From Paraspadella gotoi (taxonomy: Eukaryota; Animalia; Chaetognatha), in NCBI GenBank assembly GCA_051294375.1, contig CM119265.1:6519495-6583488 (forward strand): a DNA stretch of 63,994 nt. Direction: 5' to 3'. The notes below the pieces were generated by a model, which saw only the letters and a program-made list of their open reading frames with translations, made no database searches and was not told where the DNA came from. The first letter of the stretch is position 1, and each line of letters starts with the position of its first letter. The position numbers were made by a program, and so were the translations under genes. Below, piece after piece: positions 1 through 11,600 of this stretch.

Positions 1-694
1 TTACTAGTTGAAATTTTAAAATGTCTTTATTACATTTTTCTAATTCAGTAATAAAAAATTCTTTACAAATATCACATGGATTGGCTTTTTCGTTTGACCT
101 GCAACTCTTCAGATAGATATTCTTTTATTTTATATTATAATTAAGACCGATATAAAATGGCGTAGAATGGCATCAAATGTTTAAAATGAATAAATTTTCG
201 ACAGGAGCTCAGCTTTTTGAATCTGTACTTCGTTTTGGCCTATTTTAAAGTTGTTTTGAATGACCCTTTTTCTTAAGCAGATTTGTTTCAACTCTAATGA
301 TATTTTTTTTAAATTTTATAACAAATTATTAAGAATATATATAAATAGAGTAGTCCTCATGATCAAAAAGAAATGCATAAAATAATTGTATTCTGTTGAG
401 AAAGAATCTTTTTATTCCGTCCTAAGGAGGTCATGCTATATATTTAAACCTATTTACCGGTCAAAAAATATATTTGATAGCTGTCCAAGCCAATAGGACA
501 AGCTCATTTTCACCAAGCTAAACGGAAGGCGAATTTAGGATTCGCCACAGATTAATAAATATTTTTAAGTGGTTTTTCAAAAGACGCCAAAATCCTGGTC
601 GGCGAAATTAAAATTTTGCCAATATTTTAATAAAGGAATATGTAAGTTATAAAATGGCGCGTTTTTTTACACATGCGAGTATATTGGCCGCTTA

Positions 695-3244
695 CCGGTT
701 GCTCCTTCGTATTCACTATCAGTTCTTGCCAAAGAACCTAATTTAATAAGCTCTGCCAAAAGATCATTTTGAGTATGGTGCGGTCCAATTTTCACCAAAG
801 CTTGTTGTAACTGTTCTTCAGTATAACCAAGTTTGACCGCAAATTCGAGTTTTTGTTCGTATTCTGGATCCTCAACCGATTCTGAAGTTTAAAAGACAAA
901 AACGATTCAAAAATAAAACTTTCAATCGCAAAAGCTGCTCCTTATTGTGAGTTCTGTCAATAACAAATTATACAGTATGATTCTTCTCAATTGTAACATT
1001 TACTGTGACGATAACTCAGAGACCTTTCACCCTAGATACTTAAAATTTAATAAGTCTTTAGCAGTAACTTCTTTACCCCAATGAAATCATCATATTTGTT
1101 GAGTATTGCTCAACAAATATGATGATTTCAAAGTTGCTCAATGAGCAACTTTTTATTTTTTTATCTTTTAATGTTTCAGGAAGTCACAACCAATCAAAAC
1201 TTAGTTAAATTTAAAGGATATAGTATGCAAAATGTAGCATCTTAAGCTCAAGCTTAAGTGCTTAGTAACATTTCAAAATTATGAGGAAATATTTTTTTTA
1301 TAAAACGTCAGCTGATTTTATAAACTTTTTTAAATTTAAAAAATTCAGTTTAAAAAAAATTTTAAAAAATTATTAAATGGGTAACGCAGGGGCCCCCCCC
1401 CCGCTCTCCATAATTTTAGTTTTCGATTACCGACTTTCTGCCTTGAAAATTGCTCCAGTGCTCAAACTTCTGCCTCCAGGACTTGCAACCTGGCATTGGT
1501 GTTTTACTGGCACTTTTTTTTTTAAATCACAATTATTGTGCCTCTCCTCTCGTCTGAGCGAGGGGTCTAAATTTTTTAAACCTTCTGACTAGATGAGATT
1601 TAGCGCTTATTTTTAACCATGAGCGGCAATAGAGATAAAATATAATATAATATATGTAAATATATAAATTAATAATAACCCAAGTCCCAAAGAAAAGGAT
1701 TATCGTGTATGCTATCATTGCTTTGGTTACTATCTCATAAAGTATTGTGGGGCCCGCATTGATTTTAAATAAAGTCATAAGAACTTTCCTTTGAAATGGT
1801 TTGTTTTTTACCTCTAGAAGAGCCCTAACTTGACTGAATTAGTGGCCCCATTAAAAGTGAAATGGACTTTATCCTGAAACAGTTGGGACATTACCAATGG
1901 GCCTTGATTTGACTTAAATAGGGGCCCAACTTGACCCCTAAAGTCTAAAGGGGCCCCAAGCATGATCTAAGTTGAATTTGATCAGTTAGACTAATCTGCA
2001 CAGACTGAACCTTTTTTCATAATCACTCAATTCCTTCTTTTTTTTCTTTCTTTTTCTTTTCTTCTTTTATTTCCTTATTTTTTTCTGTCTTCTCAGGGGC
2101 CCTCCCGGGGGTAACGTAAAATATTCTATTTTTTATTCTTTAAAACTTGGTACGGGTTTTGTTACAAACGAGAAAAAAAATACTGTGAAAATAATAATAA
2201 ATAATAATAAAAATGATAATAAATATAACGATATATACGTATCAGGGTGTCAGATGTGGTTTTCATGACAATGGTAGATGTGCCAAATTAAGAATTTATT
2301 TTTGAATAAAATTAGTACAATCAATATCAAATTATCCATTCGTTCAATACATAAGTCATAAGTTATCTTTCCCCGACTTCTGACAGGCTATGGTGGGTTA
2401 AGGCCTTTTACATAGCAGGAGCCTGCAAGATTTCAATCAAGACCCTCTCACAGTCTAGTTTATAAACCCCCAGAGAACCTGGCCTAATGAAGTGGTACAA
2501 AAAGGACGACTTAATATTATACTCCCCACTCGCATCAAAATACAAGAAGCTGACTATTCTTCAAGTACCGGGACTAGATTTGTTGGATGGACTTCTGGTT
2601 GAATCGAGACCTTCCTCCGATGACTCTTGTATGCATTCTTTTTGAAGAGGTAAGGTGCCAAGACAGAGCGATCCCACATCACATCTGTTACCATCTCCAT
2701 AATCGCTGCTTAAAGTTAAGTCGGTGCTCTGAAGAGATGTTGACGCGTAGCCGGAGTCATTGTTTGTTTTTAATACGTAACTCTTGTATCGTTGACTTCT
2801 TTCGTTACTGGCGCACTCTGTACATTTAAAACAAATGTTTAACATTAAAATCCCAAAATGCCTTAATCACTCAATGGTGTCAATTAAAACACAATGTAAC
2901 ACCAACCGTCAAAAGAATCATCTCCAAGAACCTCCTGCTGTCGCAGGATCCCTCTTTGTCGCTCCAGTTCGTCTTCCGTAAATTCTAAGAAAATTAACAA
3001 AATGTGTGTACTGACTGAAGGATGTTATTACCAGCCAGTATCAAAGTTCACCTGTGACGCCTCCGTGACCTTGAAAGTCGTGGCTTACGACACCCAAGGT
3101 CAAATCGATGTCACAACCTGTGGCCGAAAGCGATAGTTCTTGAGCGGAATCAGGTTCGCCTTTTACGTGGTCGCTTTCTTGTGCAGACGTTACATGAGGT
3201 TCGCGGGAAGATGAATTGTCAGAGAACTTTTGACTTTGGCTCAT
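695..3244 (-). CDS. ZC3H12: Regnase/MCPIP (ZC3H12-family) ribonuclease, 5' exons only; PIN/CCCH part presumably beyond the left edge
   Basis: Phase-compatible exons ~3244-3052, 2984-2908, ~2817-2570, ~882-695. The last encodes EYEQKLEFAVKLGYTEEQLQQALVKIGPHHTQNDLLAELIKLG, matching the recalled Regnase N-terminal UBA-like domain (KLEFALKLGYSEEQ...NDILGELVKLG). Confidence 0.85.
1082..1152. repeat. Two adjacent perfect inverted repeats (22-bp and 11-bp stems)
   Basis: TGAAATCATCATATTTGTTGAG-tattg-CTCAACAAATATGATGATTTCA followed by AAAGTTGCTCA-a-TGAGCAACTTT. Confidence 0.9.
2358..2550 (+). mobile_element. Fragment of PLE-associated non-autonomous repeat family R
   Basis: ATAAGTTATCTTTCCCCGACTTCTGACAGG...TCAATCAAGAC...AATGAAGTGGTA...GCATCAAAATACAAG is homologous to 9290-9863, 20315-20480(-), 31010-31232(-) and 58048-58143. 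Confidence 0.7.
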
Positions 3245-3591
3245 ATCCCGACTGATATGGCAAAACCGTTTGAGAAATTCATGACGTTTTTTAAGTTCCG
3301 CTTAGACTTAGTACGGGTTTGTTTCTGCTCCGAATCCATTGTTGAATGTTTTGCATTCTGATAATTGTTGACATTTCCGCTCACAGCTCAGTACGTTTAA
3401 AAAGCGAAGTGAATTATCTGTACACTATCGGTAAATATGTTTGTTTTCAATACATTAGCTAAAAATTGGCGATTTTAATTTCGTTATGAAACCCATTTCG
3501 TCCCTTTGCACCGAGAAATAAGAAAGATCACTGCTTTCATTGACGAGTATTGGCGACAACCACATCAGCGCTCAAAAGAAAGACGATGCTG

Positions 3592-3719
<128 letters not shown>

Positions 3720-5654
3720 CAAGCAAGAACGCGAGAGCGTTATTTTGCGTCTGGAAGAAGGGGAGTGTAAAGAAAGGTTTTGAAACGACGAGAAAAACGA
3801 CGGAAATAACCAAAGGAACGATGCACCGACACTTGGCTTGTTTTTTTAATACAAGAAGAATGCGGAATAAACTATTTTAGTAAAACTATGTAGAGGAAAG
3901 AAGAAAAGAAACTCGAGGAGAAAAGCGAATGTGAGCTTGATCATGTAAGAGTCGAAATGACGTCACGAATCAGGATTGAGAGAAGTGATACGGAAAGACG
4001 ACCATGGAGACGACGCTGTGGCCGACGTTGCATTGTTTTGTTGTCCGACTAAATGTTGTCGTCGTCATAGTCGTCGTTAAATGAAGAGTAAAAGAGTTGG
4101 CACAACCGGAAGTAAAATTTACTTTTCGGGAATTTTGTACTAAAAATAAATTTATTTAATATGTAGTTCAAATAATATTCTAATTGAATTGTAATAAGAT
4201 GTCATCAACCTAAAATGTACGTATTTTTTTAAATTAATTAAAAATGATAGGAGGGGTTAAATTAATGCCATAATACTCGGAATATTTATGAGTTTAACTT
4301 AAGGTATTCCTGGCGGATCAGCTGAGGTGTGCCAAATCATTAAGTTGATTTACTCAATTAGAACGTTAAAATATCATGTCGCCATAACATGTTTATGTCG
4401 GAATCCGGAGAGCACTAAGTCTAAATTCTCACATTGTGGAAGCAGAAACACGGGGAGTCCTTTTAAAATTCATTTTGACTCTAAATGGATAACTGTCGTT
4501 TTATGATTATATTAAATATTTTTAATCTTTTTTACAGAAAAGAAGAGAGTAATTGTCAATCAGTGATAGTCCATTTTTGTTCCAATAATACAGTAATAAT
4601 GTGCTTTATGCTCGGCTTATCTGAATGATTTTGGTATAGTGAATCTAGTGATAGTCAAAAGACAATGCTTTTTAGGTTGAGAGCTTTTTGCCTTTTACCT
4701 TTTCATTCGAAGTTTTCAATTACTTAACTTGATGGCACGTTCACTCTGCTGATGAACGTTTTTATCAGGAGGAGTTTAATGAGAATTTATACAAAAGAAA
4801 AAGAAAAATGGAGCAATCAAAAAGATTCCCTTTTAAATTATAATGGTAACAATTTTACGAAAACTACAATTGATAATATATTTACCTAAATGGTTATTGA
4901 TAATATTATTTTGTTATTGGCGAATTTCTTTAATCTCTAGCTATATACTCAATACTACACTCAATACTATATACTCAATTACTTATGTTATTAACATGAT
5001 CATGATGATTATGTTGTGATTAATATTAATAAAAAGGGAAAAAGGGAATTCGAAACTTTTGTTCGAATCAAAGATGGAAGCACTGGTTCGAGCTCCAATA
5101 TCTCGGCCTGTTTTTACACGTTGATTAAAAATTTTGTTTATGTTTAGCACATAATATTTAGTAGTTTCAATGAATTCTTTTAACTGGTCAACCTCCTTGT
5201 TAGCCGCAGTCCCTCTCACCCGAGTCGGGTCCCGACTCCAGTTGTTGACGTCGAGGTCGATCAAGAATGACTCCTGAATTGAATAAATTCTCCGACTCAA
5301 CATGCTAGTTTTTTTCTGTGATAGTCCATTCTTGTGATTCTCCGTATTTTATTTTATACTTTGCCATTTTGGACGACCAGTCTACCTCATTTATTATTCT
5401 TTCCAGAAAAAAACAACAAAAAAACTCTTCGTTCAAATGCTTCGCAGAGATTGCAGAATATGTATCTCCTTTCCACGGAAATAATGAAGCGTATTTCATA
5501 ATAATTTTATCGACTTGGACTAAGTCTTTTTCGATTAGATTAAAATCTTTCGCCATGCATACATGATTCATGAACATTGGACAGTGAAACAGCGAATCAA
5601 GAATTCTTCATTGCTAGTTTTTGCGATTTTGGCATCTTCTAATGACTAAACAAA

Positions 5655-8600
5655 ATGTTTAAAAAATTAAAGCAAAAAATTGTGGAGGAAGTAGAAAATT
5701 CACCACTGCGGTCTTCAATGAACAGCTCTGTCGGAAATTCTTCTGAAAATCTGAGTTATGGTCATTCCGAATTTAATAAAAGTTTTCCTGTGGATAATGA
5801 CTTCACAGGTACTTGTTCAAATAAAAAAAATATATACCTTAATTTTACAGAGTTTTCTCATAAAAGTTTTATTTATTTGCAGGAGAAACTCGAAATCCGA
5901 CTGATAATTTGGAAAATGAAGCTCAAGTATCTAACCAAGAAGGTAGTTTTTTCAATGAACTAACTTCTACACCCATCCCGCGTTCCCGACGATCGTCAAA
6001 CAGTTCCATTTTGAGTGATGCTGCTCCCGCAATATTGCAACCATCATTAACCCCGACCAGGAACCCCGGTCTTTCAAACAGTCAAGTTTATGGTAGCTTA
6101 GCTAATCTTTCTGACGCGGAAGATATTCCTCTAAATTTGCCAAATCTTGAGAATCTTTCTAAAGAACAAATAATGGTTTATTTTCGAAGAACTGAACAAA
6201 ACATGCTACGTTATAAAGCTAAGTTAAAAGAAATATCGCTTTCTTCCAATCAAGAGAAGTTTTTGAGACATGTTGGAGAAATTCAAGAACAGCTCATATT
6301 AGAACAGAAAGCGAAAAAACATCTTGAGGAAAATTTTATCATGACTTTAGATGAAAAAGATGAGCAAATAAAGGTATTACAAACACAAGTTAAACTTCTT
6401 AAAGAAAATTCTGCATTAGAGTCGGACGAAAATTTGGGGGAAGCTAATAATGAATTGCAATCGAGAATAAGTCAGTTGGAAGCTTTGTTAGTTAAGTGCA
6501 AAGAAAACATTAAGAACAATAAAGAGAAAATAGCTGAATTTACTCAAGAAAATGAGGTCTTGAAAAAACGCTGTCTTGAATATGAAGAACAGAAACTTAG
6601 CGGTAAAAAGCTTCAAGATTCTGAAGAGGGGAAGCCGACTAGAGAAACGATGGAAACTATGATAAAAATGTTAGAAAATGAGTTAGAGCACACCAAAAAA
6701 GATATCGCAGATCAGCAAAACAATCACTCTATCATAATCTCAGGAAAGGACAATGAATTGTCTACTTTGCTGAAAATAAAGAATGAAATGGAAATAAAGT
6801 GTAAAGAGACGGAAGGAAAATGTCTTGAGTATTCTAATGAGTTGGAAGATCTCAAAAGTGAAATTGAAAATTTGTTTGAGAAAAATGAATTGGCCGAGGA
6901 AACATTCAAGAACGAACTAGGGAATTTAAATCAAATTATTACAGAAGAAAAAATACGCTCCGAAGAAGTACAAAAACGACTTGAGTCTGAAAAAAACTCA
7001 ATTATTACAACTTCGGATCAAAAAATAGAAGAAATGAGAAATGTTCACTCACAAAGTTTAAAGCGTCAAAGTGAAGAATATAAAGTACAATTAGAAAACG
7101 GCTCATTGCATTATAATCAAATTATTGAAAGTCAAGAAAAAACCATTGGTAATATGCAACAAGAAATCAGTTCTATTACACAACAAAAAGATAGCTTTAA
7201 AAGTAAAATAAATGAATTAAGTAACAATTTAGAAAAAAAAGATTTAGATCTGCGGAATATAGAAATATTATTACAGGAAAAAAACAAAATGGCTGAAAAT
7301 TTGGGAGTTTATAAAGACCAAATGAAACAAAAATCTGAGCAAATCAAACAAAATCAAGAAATTAATAAAAAAATTCTTCTTGACTTTCTGAATGAAAGTA
7401 AAGAAATTAAAGAATCTTATACTAAGCTTGACTCTTTTGTAAAAATTGAGTTGGATTCATTCCAAAAGGAAATCATTTGCGTATATGATGAAATATTTAC
7501 AAAAATTCAGAAGTTTGAAGAAAGTTCTAAAAAAGATATTTTGGATGAAAAGGATATTAAATTAATTGAAATGAATAAAGCATTGAAAAATGTTCAAAAA
7601 CAAAATACTGCTTTAGAAAAACAAATCCAGTGTTTAGAAGATTCTTATTCAACATTAAAAAAAGAAACTAATGAAAAAAATGAAAAGATACAAAATATAT
7701 TACCAATAATGAAAGGTTTATCAAATGAAATTGTCAACTATGAAATTAAGTTAAAGGCAATCAAAAATGATATCATTTATTCTGGTGATTGTTTTAAAAA
7801 AGAAAAAAAATTGATAAAAAATCTTCAACATAATATTATTAAATTAAAAGCTGCTCATCAATCTTTTGAAAACATTAGGGCAAAAGAGAAATCTAACCAA
7901 ATGAAGGAGCTCGACCACTTTAAGCAGTGTTTTTCAGCACATGTTTCTCAAATGAAAAATTTTTCAGAAGATCTAGAAAAAATTAAAAATTCAGAAATAG
8001 AATTAAAAACTGATCTGGAACAAAAAAATGCTTTGTTGAAGAGGACTCAAAATGAAGTTCATAATTTGGAAGAAAAACTTACAGAAAAACAAGGACATTT
8101 GGAACTTAAGGAAAGTTCCATGAAAGAATGTCAGATTAAAATGGATAAATTAGAAAAAGAACTTAGTGATAATAAGAAAAAAACCTCAGAATTGTGTTCT
8201 CAATTAGATTCAACTTCTTTACAAGTTCAAGTGGCTAAAAATGAAAAAGAAGAAATGGAAAAGGAAAAAAATGAAAAAATATCGTTTCTTTTAAAAGATC
8301 AAAGTTTATTAAAAAAGGAATTAGAAGATTTAAATAATATTATGTTGAAAAACTCTTCAAACGAATCCCAACTTGAAACTAGATTAAATGAATGTATATC
8401 TGAATGTACTAAACAAAAGCAAGAACTTGAAACAAATCAAATGAAATTGAACCAGTATGAGCAAGATAACAACAAAGCTAAAAAAGCCTTTGATACTTTG
8501 AAAGCTCAAGCAAAGATCAAGATTTCTGAAGCTAATGAGAAAGTAAAAGAAAAACAAAATGAAATATCTAACGTTACGGATAAATACATGAATGAACTTG

Positions 8601-11600
8601 AAGAGAAGCAAAACGAAATAAAGGCATTAAGATTAGATATAGATACAAAAGATAACTTGCACAATCTTCTAGATATTGCCAATGATAAACTTTCTTACCA
8701 AGAGAAAACAATTTTGGGCAGAGAAAAAGAAATTTCAGACTTGCAAGAAAAGGTGTCAACTTTAATAAAAGGGGAAAATGAATTAAAAAACTTAAATAAT
8801 GAAAATATCATCAAGCTGAAATCGTGTGAATTGGAGATCCAGGCCAAAAGTGATCAATTAAAGATTAAAGGACAAGATTTGGAGGTAATTTGTGTTTTAA
8901 TTTAATTCAGATATCAAATTAATTTTGATTAAATCTTTTTAACTTAGACTGTCCTCAATGATCTTGATCAATCACGAACAGAACTATCATCTCAAAAGGA
9001 CCTTGATGATGAATTGCAACGTAGACTTACAGAGCTAACGGGAAAATTGTCTTCAACTGAAAGCAAATTAAAAGTATGTTTGTATAATTGTGTATTATAA
9101 GCATTTTAATGATATTTTAATTTAAGTTAAAACTTTTTCGTGCTGGGTAATTAATGTACAATATATGAAAAATTGTAGTGTACATTCCTCTAATATATCG
9201 AATTTTTTATTTTCACTTCAATGTTAAAAAAAAAATTAAATTGTTTCGGCAACGGCTAAATTATTTTTTTACAATAAAAACACGACTCTAGTTTAAGGCC
9301 TTAATCACTCTTACAAGATAATGACATAGCAGGTCCCTCTCTCACAGTTTCGTTTATTCACTCCCAGAGTACCTGACTTCCCTATCAATGAAGTGGTATA
9401 ATTTTCAAAGAATGTTTAAATTGTATGAAAAGACCACTTCCTTAAGTATTAGATTGGGGAATACTATATTGTACTCAGCCCAGCATCAAAATACAAGGAG
9501 CGGAATTTTATGAAATTGGTACAACCAGTATAAAAATTATCTTATGGCAACAGCCGGGTTGCCTGTGATGCCCATTGGGATGGGGCATCTCACTGTTGGC
9601 TTTGGGGGCTTCCGACCCTCAGTGACGCCTCCAGTCACTGGCGCGGTTACCCTAGGACGGTCTCGCTTTGCCAACGCAGAGGGAAGTCGTTAGGACTGTG
9701 GATGGAACACTACGCCTGGGATGGTGTGTTCCCCCTCTGAGCCAATGGATTTGGCTGACGGATGGTGGACGTGAGGCGGTGTGAATATACCGCCACAATC
9801 TATTCATTTAATAAATAAGCTATCTTGCCCCTGACTTTGGACAGGCTTTGGTGGTTTAAGGCCTCATTATTAATTTTTTTTAATTTTCACAAATGTTTCT
9901 GCGCTGATCAAGGCTCGAACTCGACGAAACATGTTCGTGTTTTTATTCTAAAAATAAAACCATTTTTCCGTTGCCGAAACATACCCCGTGACTGTTCGCT
10001 AGTGACACCAAAAAATGCTTACCATTTTTCATTGGATAAATATTTTGACAATTTTTTTCTTCCTTCTTATAGCAAAGTACGGAACATTTATTATATCCTA
10101 ATTTCATAAAAATTTACATATTTACTCATGTAGAGTCGTAAACGCCTTTTTTAAAGATCATCCAATTTCATTTTTAGCCGGATCTCCTTACAGCAGATTC
10201 CGGCTCTATAATTCACTTTGTCGGTCCGTCGGTCCGCCACCCCAATCTTGTCGGGCATTCATATATCATGTCAGAAAATCGAATTATGATAAATTATGCA
10301 TAAAAAATGATGTCCGTCTGTCTTTCCGGCTCTTTCCGTCTGTCCCACCTTAGCAAAAAACACGAATTACTGGTGATTTGATTGATGGATTGTAATGAAA
10401 TTTTGTGTGTAGGTAGGAAAGTGTGTGATTGAGCTGGAAAGCAAGTTTCGATGGAATCGAAACTTGCATGAGTTAAAATGGAAAAAACAAAAAAATAGAT
10501 TTCACTATTTGAACGCCAATTACTCATGAGTGAATGGGGCGATTGACTTAAAATTTTGTATGTGGGTAGGAAAGTTTTTGATTGAGCAGGAAATAGTTTC
10601 GATGGAATCGTCCAAGTGGAAATGAGTTAAAATGGAAAAAACAAACAATTTATTTCACTATTTGATTATGCTTTTTTTATTTTTATATTAAATGTCAATT
10701 CAAGCTGCATTAATTAATTATTAATAAATAAGTAATTAATTATTAATTATTTGTAATTAATTAATTTTGTGATCGAGATTGTGGTTTTGTGATTAAGAAG
10801 CGAGACAAAGTGGAAAAAGATTGACACAAATAAAAAAAAATATTATTAATTAATTAATTAATCTGATCAGCTGCTTACAGCTAATGATCGTGGGCAGATC
10901 CGGCATTGTTTTCTCAAACTTGTTTTTCGTTATTTGGTTGTATAATAAAGTCTCCATGGTATAATGATGGTCATAGGCTTTTTACCACAGTCCGTCCGGA
11001 TTTAAGAGTATCTGATGGGTTTTAATCTAAAAATGGAACTGGTTTGAAAAAGCCAATGCCAATTGGTAATTCTTATGAGCTGCAGTCTGCAGGAAAATAG
11101 TTTGTAGTTAAGTTTGTAGATAATATTAATTAAAGTCGTCGAAATTGGTTTCAAGAGCAGAATTTATTTTTATTGAAAACCAATATTTCGATCTTAATTG
11201 ACAGATCATCGTACAGGGTATGTTGTAGAAGTGAAATTATGGGAAAAAAAGAGCTAAGAATGAGACGGAGAGATCAGAGAGCAGGTGAGAGTCAAAAAAT
11301 ACAACAGGGATAAATCCCTCCCTGTTGTATTGTTTGACTTTTACCTCCTCTCTGATCTCTCTCTGACTCTCTCTCATTCTGAGCTCTCTTTTTCCCCTCA
11401 TTTCACTTTTACTACATACCCTGAACGATGATCTGTCAATTAAAATCGAAATATTGGTTTTCAATAAAAATATATTATGCACTTGAACCTAAATTCGACG
11501 TCTTTAATCAAGTTTTAGTATTAAAATGTACTATATTTATGTAACATGTTCTGAGTCATAGCATACTAAATTTGTAGTGTTTCACATTTTCCTGAAGGTA

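Larger units (their letters stand above)
9240..9982 (+). mobile_element. Non-autonomous PLE-like unit: inverted termini, R-family body, degenerate hammerhead, nested type A insert
   Basis: 9240-9287 is an inverted copy of 9935-9982 (GTTTCGGCAACGG / CCGTTGCCGAAAC). GTTTAAGGCCT is directly repeated at ~9291 and ~9855. Hammerhead-like core at 9900-9939. Confidence 0.65.

Noticed and set aside
4300-5600. Possible small gene between Regnase and GOLGA4 (ORFs 4983-5303, 5305-5577, 5318-5566)
   Set aside because: No recognisable protein or consistent exon chain could be built; may be GOLGA4 5' UTR exons or an orphan gene. Needs RNA-seq.
9618-9645. HDV-like ribozyme in type A (GCCTCC loop)
   Set aside because: Could not assemble the nested P1/P1.1/P2/P4 and J4/2 elements.
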